This document shows, piece after piece, positions 1-9,276 of a DNA stretch of 64,000 bases. Origin of the DNA: Prevotella sp. UBA2725 (GTDB lineage Bacteria > Bacteroidota > Bacteroidia > Bacteroidales > Bacteroidaceae); contig DEKJ01000003.1 in the NCBI GenBank assembly GCA_002353825.1, forward strand, positions 17,001 to 81,000, in the 5' to 3' direction. A model generated the notes under the pieces. That model saw nothing but the letters and a program-made list of their open reading frames with translations, was not told the origin of the DNA and did not search any database. Position 1 is the first letter of the stretch, and every line of letters starts with the position of its first letter. The position numbers were made by a program, and so were the translations under genes.

Positions 1-2
1 TC

Positions 3-197
3 AAGAAGAATATCAGTTATGCAACTTTCCATCGTGCCATTGAACAGTTTACTGGACGAAAGATTGGGATTGACACTCCTCAGAAACGCTATGGCGAATT
101 GAAAGACTTTGAATTTCATGGACCACAGAAGGGAAGTTGGGCTAGGGCTAAAGCCATTATATATCATTGGTCTGATATATTTGCATCAGTAGTGTAA
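3..197 (+). CDS. 3' end of hypothetical protein (partial, runs in from window edge)
   Basis: Open frame KKNISYATFHRAIEQFTG...WSDIFASVV* ending TAA 195-197, followed by a terminator hairpin. Confidence 0.6.
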   Translation, partial: KKNISYATFHRAIEQFTGRKIGIDTPQKRYGELKDFEFHGPQKGSWARAKAIIYHWSDIFASVV

Positions 198-223
198 GAC
201 CCACTTCATAACTTTTTTACATG

Positions 224-262
224 ATAAGCAGATAATCGGTGTAATGCTGATTGTCTGCTTAT
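224..262 (+). terminator. Intrinsic terminator
   Basis: ataagcagataatc...gattgtctgcttat stem followed by T-rich tract. Confidence 0.6.
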
Positions 263-362
263 TTTGTTGATATACCGTTAATAAACATTGATTCTCCTCT
301 CATAAAATGGTCGGTTATATTAAGGTATAAATAAGCCGACCAATGTCCCATGGAAATGTCAT

Positions 363-370
363 TACCTTTG
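363..370 (+). promoter_or_regulatory. Bacteroidota -7 promoter element (TAnnTTTG)
   Basis: TACCTTTG about 75 bp upstream of ATG 444. Confidence 0.5.
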
Positions 371-443
371 GGCTCGGAATTGGTTCCAAAGAGATTCATT
401 GAGGTTCTGCAGACCTCGTAGTATCAATTTAAATGACATTAAA

Positions 444-779
444 ATGGATATAAACGATTTGAAACAAAAACCTGTGGCAATGATGACAGGAGAGGAACTG
501 AGTTTCCTCATTGACAGCCGTATGGCTACTTGGGCTACTGAGATTGCGAGTCTGAGTCAAAGACGTATCTACTATGGCATTGAAGGCATCGCTCAAATAT
601 TTGGTTGCAGTGTTCCGACAGCCAACCGCATCAAGAAGAGTGGCGTGATAGACGATGCCATCACCCAAATTGATCGTCAGATTGTAATCGATGGCAACCT
701 TGCCCTTGAATTGGCAAAGAAAGTAGGGACCATTAAGGTTAAAGGCGAGAAAACCACGAAAGAGCATGACGTACATTGA
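444..779 (+). CDS. DUF3853 family protein (excisionase-like HTH)
   Basis: KPVAMMTGEEL...YYGIEGIAQIFGCSVPTANRIKKSGVIDDAITQ matches the family typical of Bacteroidota mobile elements; ATG 444 preferred over TTG 399. Confidence 0.85.
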   Translation: MDINDLKQKPVAMMTGEELSFLIDSRMATWATEIASLSQRRIYYGIEGIAQIFGCSVPTANRIKKSGVIDDAITQIDRQIVIDGNLALELAKKVGTIKVKGEKTTKEHDVH

Positions 780-1236
780 TTACATGAATCAGTTCTGGCG
801 CGCTTCTGCTATGGAGTACATGTCCACCAGCGAGGTTGCACTCTACGCTTTCTTAGTGAACGAGTGCAACCAACACCGCTGGAACATGCCAGTGCCATGC
901 TCTACGGTACGGATCTGCGAGATGCTGCACATGTCCAAACAGACACTTTGCACCGCTCGTAAGAATCTTGCCAAGCGTGGACTTATCTCTTTTACTGAAG
1001 GCAAATCACGTCATGTACCGTCTAAATATTCACTACTAATTTGGACGGATAACTTGACGGTAGAGTTGACGGATGGATTGACGGCAAACTTTACCCCTTT
1101 AAAAGATAAAGAGAAAGATAATTATAATAAAAAGGATTCTGTCAAAATTTTAAGCAATGGAAAAGAAACTCACAATCGACGTAGAGGCGTTAAAGAAATC
1201 TCTACTACAGCGTCGCCCTATGAAGGCTCGTTTTAA
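766..1236 (+). CDS. Phage-type replication initiator (winged-helix N-terminus)
   Basis: MTYIDYMNQFW...LYAFLVNECN..W...ICEMLHMSKQTLCTARKNLAKRGLISF, then KDKEKD linker; overlaps a DnaC-like gene. Confidence 0.65.
   Translation: MTYIDYMNQFWRASAMEYMSTSEVALYAFLVNECNQHRWNMPVPCSTVRICEMLHMSKQTLCTARKNLAKRGLISFTEGKSRHVPSKYSLLIWTDNLTVELTDGLTANFTPLKDKEKDNYNKKDSVKILSNGKETHNRRRGVKEISTTASPYEGSF
1042..1084 (+). repeat. Iteron-like T(T/G)GACGG x4, 12-bp period, inside initiator gene
   Basis: TGGACGG 1042; TTGACGG 1054, 1066, 1078; followed by AT-rich 1100-1140. Confidence 0.7.
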
Positions 1237-1822
1237 GTTGCCCATGTCAGAAGACGAGGCGTATGCCTATTTGTTGGCAGCAATGATGGCTGAGGTGGAA
1301 TATCGCCACCGTAGCTTCTGTACTAGCGAGGATATGGAGAATCAACTTCAAGAGATAGCTCATTGGCTTACCTCGTCATCCCCCAAGTTCGGTCTGTTGC
1401 TATGCGGTGGCTGTGGCAATGGCAAAAGCACTATGCTCAGAGCATTCCAACAGTTGCTCAACAACTTGCGTATTCCGAAATCATTCAACGATGGTACATA
1501 CGGAATCCAGATAGTGGATGCGAAATACATTGCATACTTGTGCAAGAACAACTATGAGGCATACCGTAAACTCATCAGTGTAGATATGCTTGGTATCGAT
1601 GATCTTGGCACTGAGCCTTCGGAGGTGATGGATTATGGCAACGTCTATACTCCAGTCATTGACCTGTTGACAAAGCGCTACGAAGAGCAGCTTTTTACCG
1701 TCATCACCACTAACCTCACTCCACAACAAATCCGAGAGCACTACGATGACCGCATCGCAGACCGTCTAAACGAGATGGTGGAGAAAATAGTATTCAAGAA
1801 CGGTACATACCGCAATAATTAA
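1157..1822 (+). CDS. DnaC/IstB-like P-loop ATPase (helicase-loader type)
   Basis: Walker A GGCGNGKS, Walker B LGIDDLGTE, ITTNL and RIADRLNEM motifs. Confidence 0.85.
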   Translation: MEKKLTIDVEALKKSLLQRRPMKARFKLPMSEDEAYAYLLAAMMAEVEYRHRSFCTSEDMENQLQEIAHWLTSSSPKFGLLLCGGCGNGKSTMLRAFQQLLNNLRIPKSFNDGTYGIQIVDAKYIAYLCKNNYEAYRKLISVDMLGIDDLGTEPSEVMDYGNVYTPVIDLLTKRYEEQLFTVITTNLTPQQIREHYDDRIADRLNEMVEKIVFKNGTYRNN

Positions 1823-1855
1823 CTAATTCACAAACTTTTTAAATCTTGTAAAATT

Positions 1856-2398
1856 ATGATTTCAAACATCAAGACCGTGACACTTAGATTGTCACAGAAA
1901 GAATTCAATTTCCTCATGAACGGCGTTAATGCCAAGTTCTTCATGGACATCATGTCCCATCTCACAGCATCGTTTTCTATGGATGAAGACGATACAGATC
2001 CTCAACTCGTGTATGGGCCTACAGCCTTCTTCCATCTCTACGAACTCGCAGAGCGTTGGGAGGTTGCTCCCGAGGATGTGCTCAACATCATGTTCAATCT
2101 GGAGCAGAACGGATTGATAAAGTATTCACTATCCGAGAATGAATTCGCTATCGAGCCATGCATCACAAGTTTCGTCTCAACTGATGATGTGGTGCATAAG
2201 GGGACTAATTGCGACACTCATCTTGATGAACTTTGCTTTGAGATGATGACTAAAAAGCAGATTTTTGAAGCTATCGCTCGTTACGACAGCTTGATCACTC
2301 TTCATTTTCCTATGGTTACCCTCAAAGCATTCTCTCTCAAAAAGGACGGGAATGAGAACACTTACGAGAGCATCAACGGAGTTGTAGTGAATCCCTAA
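1856..2398 (+). CDS. Hypothetical protein of mobile element
   Basis: 180-aa ORF co-oriented, followed by hairpin 2409-2455. Confidence 0.6.
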   Translation: MISNIKTVTLRLSQKEFNFLMNGVNAKFFMDIMSHLTASFSMDEDDTDPQLVYGPTAFFHLYELAERWEVAPEDVLNIMFNLEQNGLIKYSLSENEFAIEPCITSFVSTDDVVHKGTNCDTHLDELCFEMMTKKQIFEAIARYDSLITLHFPMVTLKAFSLKKDGNENTYESINGVVVNP

Positions 2399-2520
2399 CT
2401 GCTAACGGAGAATGGCTGGCTGTCGAGACTCTGCATCAAAGCAATCAGCCATTCTAATTGAGATAAAGATAGGGAAAGGAATGCCACCTAAAGGAGCCTG
2501 AATTGTCGTACTCTCTAAAC

Positions 2521-2607
2521 AAGAAGTGTCAATGTCCGACAATCCGCTTCGCTACTTGCCAGACCGTTTGACCTCTTGCAATACTCGCAGGCTCGCATTG
2601 AGTTGAC
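2521..2607 (+). other. Candidate oriT 1
   Basis: Homologous to 4061-4148 (AAGAA..CAATGTC..ACAA...CTCGCA(G/A)GCTCGCATTG(A/G)GTTGA); each copy lies directly upstream of a mobC. Confidence 0.6.
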
Positions 2608-2646
2608 CAATCCCAGTTATAATTTAACGATAAAACACATCTACAA

Positions 2647-3009
2647 ATGGACAAGATATTAGAACCCAAAGGGCGTAATCCACGTATTACCGTGTGTTAT
2701 ACGCCCGACGAGAACCAGAGGGTTATAGAGATGGCTTCCGCCTGTGGATTGAAGAAAAGCCAGTATATCCATGACACTTCCTTGGGACAGAAGCCAAAGG
2801 TAATGATGAGCAACAAGGAGGCTGATGCCCTGATGTCACTGAAAGCTGCCCGTGGTGAGCTGGTCCTAATTAAGAATGCCCTTCATGGCACTACCCAGGA
2901 ACAGCGTAAGAAGTACTTCCGCAACGAGCAGTTCATGCGCCAATGGATTGAGGGTGTAAACAGCCTTATCCGCAGATTAGTAGAAATAGAAAGTATGTTC
3001 AGAAGATAA
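2647..3009 (+). CDS. mobC: MobC-like relaxosome accessory protein (copy 1)
   Basis: RHH-like N-terminus (RITVCYTPDE...ASACGLKKSQY) directly upstream of relaxase. Confidence 0.75.
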   Translation: MDKILEPKGRNPRITVCYTPDENQRVIEMASACGLKKSQYIHDTSLGQKPKVMMSNKEADALMSLKAARGELVLIKNALHGTTQEQRKKYFRNEQFMRQWIEGVNSLIRRLVEIESMFRR

Positions 3010-3013
3010 TGGT

Positions 3014-3943
3014 ATGATAGCTAAAGCAAGGTCTATATCGCATGGTTCTGCCATGACAAACTATGCCACCAAGCATAATCGTGCAGACATAGTGCTGACA
3101 CGTAATCTTGGCGAGGGACTTACTCCTCTCGCCATGTGGGGAGCAATGGAAACCATCCATCAGAAGTATGAACCGAAATTCAGGCGCAAGCCCGTCACCA
3201 AGCTGACCCTTCGGATGGAGGTTTCCCCATCCCTTGAAGAAACAAAGGGCTGGACACTCAATGACTGGTACGACTATGCGATTCGGTTTCTTGATGAGTT
3301 CAAGAAAGAAGCCCAAGCCAAGGAGGGAAAGAAGCGAGGAAAGAGCAAGTTCAATCTGGACAGAGCACAGATATTTGTATGTCTTCACTTTGATGCGAAG
3401 TCTGGCATTCCTCACCTGCACATCCTCATCAACCGCATTGACCTTGACGGCAATCTGATGAATGACTCCTTCATTGGCGATAGTGTAGTCAAGGCTGCCC
3501 ATGCCATCAACATTGAGCGTGGCTGGGAGTTGCCCGAGGATATTCACAAGGCTCACGAGAAGGAAATAACGGCAGATTGTTACGACATCCTCCGTGGAAT
3601 ACAGAGCTACGACTGGAGTAGTTATAAGCATGGTCTTGAAAGTCGTGGTTACAAAGTCCATGAGCAGCGTGACAAGCAAGGTATCTTGCATGGTTATACC
3701 ATACTTCGTGGCAACTCCCGTTTCAAGTCATCCACTTTGGGTAAGAATTGGCACACTTCAAGTGCAAATGTCAAAGAGAGAGGAAACTCAACATCAAGAA
3801 GAATTGCCGTTTTAATAAAAAATAAGGGAAGAAAAGAAAGGCTTCGCATCACTTTTGAAAATCGGCGATACTCTTTAATATGTCCCCTTTCCCCTAAAGT
3901 TAAGCCCAAAAGAATAAAAAGTAAAGAGATAATAATAGTTTGA
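3014..3943 (+). pseudogene. Relaxase copy 1, probably C-terminally truncated/chimeric after about 3745
   Basis: MIAKARSISHG start, HFDAKSGIPHLHILINRID HUH motif; similarity to copy 2 ends at FKSSTLGK; lacks the GGGGG-GW tail of copy 2. Confidence 0.65.
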
Positions 3944-4060
3944 GCAATAATAAAAGGTGACAAGGGACAATACTTTCTCTTTTCGCCAGCAATACAAATC
4001 TTGATATGTAAAGAGAATTAATCATCATGGTGTACAACCAAACCGATAGCAGTGCTATGC

Positions 4061-4148
4061 AAGAAATACCAATGTCATACAAACGCACTTCGTTTGTCCG
4101 TATGCCAATGGACTTCTTGAACGCTCGCAAGCTCGCATTGGGTTGAAC
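4061..4148 (+). other. Candidate oriT 2
   Basis: Homologous to 2521-2607; upstream of second mobC. Confidence 0.6.
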
Positions 4149-4173
4149 ACTTTTTATAGAAGCAATACTAGGT

Positions 4174-4545
4174 ATGAATAAGAAAAATATAGAAAAGGAG
4201 GCACCGAAATACACGAGCCGCCTGGTAGTAAGGCTTACGCCGCAACTCCATAAGGAGATAGCGGAATATGCAGCCCTTTGCGGACTGACCACAAGCGCAT
4301 ACGCACGCAAGCGGTTGGAGGGCAAATATCCCAAACAACGCTTGACTGACAAAGAAATGAAGGCTTTGAACAGCCTATCGGATGCCAGGGGCGATATACA
4401 AAAATTGTTCGGCTTTCTCAAAGGACGTCCGCTTACGGAACGTGAGAATATTCTCCGCAGCGAAATCTTCATGAAACGATGGAGAACAAGTGCAGAGGTA
4501 ATCTTGAACCGCATGATTGAGATAGAGAAATACTTAACACAATAG
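4174..4545 (+). CDS. mobC: MobC-like relaxosome accessory protein (copy 2)
   Basis: RLVVRLTPQLHKEIAEYAALCGLTTSAYAR; divergent paralog of 2647-3009. Confidence 0.75.
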   Translation: MNKKNIEKEAPKYTSRLVVRLTPQLHKEIAEYAALCGLTTSAYARKRLEGKYPKQRLTDKEMKALNSLSDARGDIQKLFGFLKGRPLTERENILRSEIFMKRWRTSAEVILNRMIEIEKYLTQ

Positions 4546-4559
4546 AACATACGACATAT

Positions 4560-5783
4560 ATGATAGCGAAAGCAAAAGTAATAAGTCATGGCGCAAATGC
4601 CATACGTTACTCAGTAGATAAGGACAAGGCAGAGATTGTTAAGACAAATCTCTTGCCCGATGATATTTCCCCAACGGCAATGTGGGCGAGAATGCTTGTC
4701 TTGCAGAAGAAGTTTGAAGGCAAGTTGAATCGTTATCATCCGCTCAAGCGTAACATGATACGTATCGAGGTTTCCCCAACCTCGGAGGAAACGCGAGGTT
4801 GGACAATGGAGGACTGGCAGAGGTTGGCGAATGACTTTATCCGTGAGTTTGATGCGGTTGACCTTTCAGCCAAGTCGAGGCGCAAGAGTGCAAAGGCTAC
4901 CAATCTCAAAGGCAGCCAATATGTTGTTGCGCTTCATCGTGACAGCAAGAGTGGCATTATGCACCTTCATATTGATGCGAACCGCATAGATATGAGGGGC
5001 AACGTGAATGATGCCCATTATATCTACGAGAGAGCGATGGCTGCTGCCGCCAAGGTTGGGCAACAGCGTGGATGGAAAGATGCCCAAGAGGTAAGCCGCC
5101 AAAATAAGGAAGTGATAACCAATGATTGTCTTTCCGTTTTGACTAAGATGCCGTACTTTGATTGGGGACTATACACAAAATGCCTCACGCAAATGGGATA
5201 TGATGTCAAACTGCGATCCGACAACAAAGGACAAGTGCGTGGATATGCCATCAAGCGAGGCAACTCCATTTATAAGTCCTCGGAACTTGGCAAAGGTCGT
5301 TGTCTGATGCCCTCAAAGATTGAAGGTACTTGGGCAAAACTGCATCATCAAGAATTGGAGAAACCAGTTTCAACTCCAACAAAGAATACCCAACAGCCAA
5401 AGATTATGACTGTTCCCAAACCTATGCCTACTGCGGACAACACTCCAAAGATACGTCACTTCGACTTTTATACGGACGAGTTTCATCATTATCCTGTTGA
5501 TATTCCTCAGAATTGTCTGGATGTCATCGACAAGAATATAGCTTTGGATGCCGACAATGTGTTTGCCAAGATAGGTGATGTGCAGAAGACCGCCATTCTT
5601 CTCTTTGCTGAATACATTGATGCTGCCACAACCATTGCCGCCCAGTCTGGCGGTGGCGGAGGTGGTGCTACCTCAGGTTGGAGGCGTGACAAGGACGAGG
5701 ATGAACTGTCATGGGCGCATCGCTGCGCTATGATGGCTAATTGCCTGTGCAGACCTCGCAAGAAGCAAGGGTATGGCAGATAA
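4560..5783 (+). CDS. Relaxase/mobilization nuclease (full length)
   Basis: MIAKAKVISHG, ALHRDSKSGIMHLHIDANRID HUH motif, C-terminal GGGGGATSGWRRDKDEDE typical of Bacteroidota Mob proteins. Confidence 0.9.
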   Translation: MIAKAKVISHGANAIRYSVDKDKAEIVKTNLLPDDISPTAMWARMLVLQKKFEGKLNRYHPLKRNMIRIEVSPTSEETRGWTMEDWQRLANDFIREFDAVDLSAKSRRKSAKATNLKGSQYVVALHRDSKSGIMHLHIDANRIDMRGNVNDAHYIYERAMAAAAKVGQQRGWKDAQEVSRQNKEVITNDCLSVLTKMPYFDWGLYTKCLTQMGYDVKLRSDNKGQVRGYAIKRGNSIYKSSELGKGRCLMPSKIEGTWAKLHHQELEKPVSTPTKNTQQPKIMTVPKPMPTADNTPKIRHFDFYTDEFHHYPVDIPQNCLDVIDKNIALDADNVFAKIGDVQKTAILLFAEYIDAATTIAAQSGGGGGGATSGWRRDKDEDELSWAHRCAMMANCLCRPRKKQGYGR

Positions 5784-5812
5784 CCGAATGTTCAACCAAC
5801 AACATTGATACT

Positions 5813-6358
5813 ATGCCGATAGGTAAAAGCAAAATCTCGGATATGGATTTCGGATCTTTCGAGAATACGATTGACAAGAATATCGAAGCGAACAAGGCTT
5901 CGGACAAGTTTGACCAACAGCTTCAAGCCTACAAGGATGCTGGCAATAGTTTGACTTCGGCAAAAAGTGGCCTTGAAATGGCTACTGCTTCCATGCATGA
6001 AGCAAAAGACAAATTAAGTGAAGCCTCAGATAAAGCGAATACTGTCACCAAAGCTATTGAAGCCTACATTGGCAAAGTAAAAGACATAACTGTCAAAGCT
6101 AAGGTTGATGATGCCGATATGGAACAGGCAATCAACAACAGGAACAAACTCATTGGCGATGAGTCCAAACTTCTTGAAAACCACCGAAAAGCGAATAAGG
6201 AAATCCTTACTCGCCATTTCTATGACATGTCTAATATGATGTCAAGAAATGAAGGTGTGTGGTTGTCAAATGGTTGGGTGAAGACTTTGCTTTGGATATT
6301 TATTCCATCTATTATTTATACTATAGTGTCTGTCGTTTATTTTATTTGCCATCTTTAA
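5813..6358 (+). CDS. Coiled-coil protein with C-terminal TM helix (mob-associated)
   Basis: Heptad-rich body, hydrophobic C-terminus TLLWIFIPSIIYTIVSVVYFI; start uncertain. Confidence 0.65.
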   Translation: MPIGKSKISDMDFGSFENTIDKNIEANKASDKFDQQLQAYKDAGNSLTSAKSGLEMATASMHEAKDKLSEASDKANTVTKAIEAYIGKVKDITVKAKVDDADMEQAINNRNKLIGDESKLLENHRKANKEILTRHFYDMSNMMSRNEGVWLSNGWVKTLLWIFIPSIIYTIVSVVYFICHL

Positions 6359-6467
6359 GCTACAATATATTAGCTTATTATTTATATCTTATTAACTATT
6401 GTTCATGCAGTTATTTTCCGTAATGGATTATCTTAATATATAAAGCGCAAATTCATTTGTACTAAAC

Positions 6468-8132
6468 ATGGATATAGAAGAACTGATAGAACGAATAAAA
6501 GAAGGAGACAATGTAGCTCTGGAAACATTATATAAAACATACGCTCCGATGATGAGAAATGTATGTGTCAACATAACCAATGAGGACGAGGACATAGTGA
6601 ATGACCTCGTCCAAATGGCGTTTATTCGTGCTTATTATTCTCTCTTCCAACTCCGAGATACTTCAAAGTTTGGAGAATGGGTGGCTACAATTACTAAGAA
6701 TGTTGCTTTGAAACATCTGGCACAGAAACGAAAGATGCGATTTGTTCCCTTTTCAAGTAAGATGGAAGAAGAATTGGAGATAGGTTGTACCTTATCCTCC
6801 GATTCGCTATTGGCAGAAAAGGAAATACATGAGTTGATCGACCAATTGCCTAAAGGATATGGGCGAGTGTTTAGAATGTCTGTTATAGAAGGTTATTCGC
6901 ATCAAGAAATAGCCGAAAAATTGGGCATTGAGCCGCATAGTTCTTCTTCTCAATTGTCAAGGGCAAAGGCTTTGTTGCGTAAGATGATTAACAGAAGGGG
7001 GATGGGGATTGTTATATTTGTATTGGTATGCACTCCTCTTGGCATATATTTGCTCAAAGACAGAGGTAAGGAGGAAATACAAAAAATCAATATAGCCAGT
7101 GAAAAGAAAAATATAATTAGGCAAGTAGAAAACAAAGCCCCTAATAATGCAGCGAATGTGGCTTCTGCAAATTCAGTTGCAGAAATACACTGTAATCAAT
7201 ATGGTGTATCATCCATTATTCCTGAGGAAATTCCATCAAATGATAGCATATATACTCCAAAGGATTCCATACAACATAAGTTGTTGGTTGTAGAAAATAA
7301 TGATAGCATCCTGCTAGATACATGCAAACAACCTTGCATAGAGACAGAGCATTACCTTGCAGACAATGAGCAAACAAGCAAAAAGCATCAATGGCAGTTG
7401 CTTGCAGCGGGTTCTCTTGGCTCAGCTTTGGCTCAGAATGCTTACAAGCTGTTTGTGGGTAATGCTAGTAGTGATTTTGATGGGCCTCAACCTTCTGGCC
7501 CTGAAACATACTCAACTTGGGAGGGTTATTATCATTATCTGCAACAGAATGCGCATGATGATATGTCGAAGAAAGACAAAGCTCTGATGGATATTGCCCA
7601 AAATAATAAGGGGAAAATCGAGGAACATGAACACCACGACAAGCCAGTTACCTTTGGTCTCTCGGTAACAAAATCATTGGGGAATAATTGGAACTTGGAA
7701 ACAGGTTTGCAGTATTCTCTGTTAAAGTCCGACTTCACGTTAGGCGAAGGTGCATATTACATCAATCGTAACCAAAAGGTGCATTATTTGGGAATACCTT
7801 TGCGAGTGTCGTATAAATGGCTTGATGTCAAGAACTGGTCAGTTTATTCTTCGCTTGGCGGTGCTTTGCATATTCCTATATACGGTAAAACCAGCGAAAG
7901 GTATATTGTAGGAAATACTACACCATATATGGATAATTGGCATTTCACACCTTCGCTGCAATGGAGCATTGGCACAAGCATTGGAGTGCAATATAAGTTC
8001 GCTCCTATGTGGGGTGTCTATATTGAACCTTCATTCAACTGGTATGTGCCAAACGGCAGCTCTATCCATACAATTTGGACTGAGCATCCGTTCTCTTTCA
8101 CAATACCTTTCGGCGTTAGGTTTACATGGTAA
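6468..8132 (+). CDS. ECF sigma-70 factor fused via TM helix and linker to an outer-membrane beta-barrel
   Basis: Sigma2 (DLVQMAFIRAY...FGEWVATITKN), sigma4 (GYSHQEIAEKLGI...SQLSRAK), TM GIVIFVLVCTPLGIYLL, barrel HYLGIPLRVSY...GVRFTW. Confidence 0.9.
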   Translation: MDIEELIERIKEGDNVALETLYKTYAPMMRNVCVNITNEDEDIVNDLVQMAFIRAYYSLFQLRDTSKFGEWVATITKNVALKHLAQKRKMRFVPFSSKMEEELEIGCTLSSDSLLAEKEIHELIDQLPKGYGRVFRMSVIEGYSHQEIAEKLGIEPHSSSSQLSRAKALLRKMINRRGMGIVIFVLVCTPLGIYLLKDRGKEEIQKINIASEKKNIIRQVENKAPNNAANVASANSVAEIHCNQYGVSSIIPEEIPSNDSIYTPKDSIQHKLLVVENNDSILLDTCKQPCIETEHYLADNEQTSKKHQWQLLAAGSLGSALAQNAYKLFVGNASSDFDGPQPSGPETYSTWEGYYHYLQQNAHDDMSKKDKALMDIAQNNKGKIEEHEHHDKPVTFGLSVTKSLGNNWNLETGLQYSLLKSDFTLGEGAYYINRNQKVHYLGIPLRVSYKWLDVKNWSVYSSLGGALHIPIYGKTSERYIVGNTTPYMDNWHFTPSLQWSIGTSIGVQYKFAPMWGVYIEPSFNWYVPNGSSIHTIWTEHPFSFTIPFGVRFTW

Positions 8133-8205
8133 TGCTCTCGTCATGCAGTCTTTTGAACTTTTGTCGCCTCTTATTGATAGAAGCACAAAAGTTTCTGAAA
8201 ACGAA

Positions 8206-9276
8206 ATGTACAAGACAACAGATTACCTGCGCAATGGGGTGCTATACCTCAACAATATTCTTCGCCCTCAACATAAGAAACTGAGCACGTTGATGATTTA
8301 TACCACGACAAAATGCCAATCGCGCTGCAAGCATTGCTCCATTTGGCAAAAGCCAGAAGAACATTTGTCGTTGCGTGACATACAGAAGATTATGGCAAGC
8401 CGCTGCGTTACCAAAAATACGGTTGTGGGCTTGGAAGGTGGAGAGTTTATTCTTCATCCTGAATCCACAGCCATCATGGAGTGGTTCATGCGCCACCACC
8501 CCAACTACACCCTGCTATCTAATTGCCTCAATCCACAAAAGATCATTGACGCTGTGCGTAGATACAATCCCCGGCATTTGTATGTGTCGTTGGATGGCGA
8601 CAGAGATACATACAAGGAAATGAGAGGATGCAATGGCCATGACAAGGTGATAGAGGTGGTTGAGGCCTTGAAAGATGAGGTTCCCATTTCTTTGATGTTC
8701 TGCCTCTCTCCATGGAACACCTTCAAGGATATGGACTATGTGATTGGAGTGGCGAGGAAATATAAGGTAGATGTACGCATCGGCATTTATGGCACGATGG
8801 ACTTCTTCAACACCACGGCTGATTTGCTTCGTACAGATAAGACAAACTACTTGCAGAGTATTCCAGACAATATTCATGAGACGGAAGAAAATTTTGATTT
8901 TGTAGCATTGTATGAGGAGTGGAGAAACGGCCATCTGAAACTGCAGTGTCAAAGCATATTCAGCGAACTGGTTATTCATTCTAATGGGGATGTGCCGTTG
9001 TGCCAAAACTTGGGTGTGAAACTTGGCAACATACACAAGCACTCTTTGGATGAGATATTCAATTCTCGCCAAACAGCCCATGTGCAATGCCAATATTCCA
9101 AAAACTGCAACGCCTGCTGGATTAACTTCCATCGTAAGTATGATATCATCTTGTTGCGCAACTTCGAGAAAGTCGTCCCCAAGAAGATGATAGAATGGTT
9201 CTACGGCAAATATCAATGGACAGGCAATGAGAATGACACCTACAAACAATACATGAATCGGATTATCAGAAGATGA
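8206..9276 (+). CDS. Radical SAM protein with SPASM/twitch-like C-terminus
   Basis: CxxxCxxC (CQSRCKHC), GGEFILHP, GDVPLCQ..LGNI, CNACW; start 8206 preferred over 7969. Confidence 0.9.
   Translation: MYKTTDYLRNGVLYLNNILRPQHKKLSTLMIYTTTKCQSRCKHCSIWQKPEEHLSLRDIQKIMASRCVTKNTVVGLEGGEFILHPESTAIMEWFMRHHPNYTLLSNCLNPQKIIDAVRRYNPRHLYVSLDGDRDTYKEMRGCNGHDKVIEVVEALKDEVPISLMFCLSPWNTFKDMDYVIGVARKYKVDVRIGIYGTMDFFNTTADLLRTDKTNYLQSIPDNIHETEENFDFVALYEEWRNGHLKLQCQSIFSELVIHSNGDVPLCQNLGVKLGNIHKHSLDEIFNSRQTAHVQCQYSKNCNACWINFHRKYDIILLRNFEKVVPKKMIEWFYGKYQWTGNENDTYKQYMNRIIRR

Noticed and set aside
1157-1822. IS21 element (IstB)
   Set aside because: No IstA transposase or terminal inverted repeats; the partner is an initiator-like gene
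1-6358. Prophage
   Set aside because: Phage-like replication genes are present but no structural, terminase or lysis genes; relaxase modules indicate a mobilizable element
7969-8205. N-terminal extension of the radical SAM ORF
   Set aside because: Overlaps the sigma-barrel gene end; ATG 8206 gives a normal rSAM N-terminus
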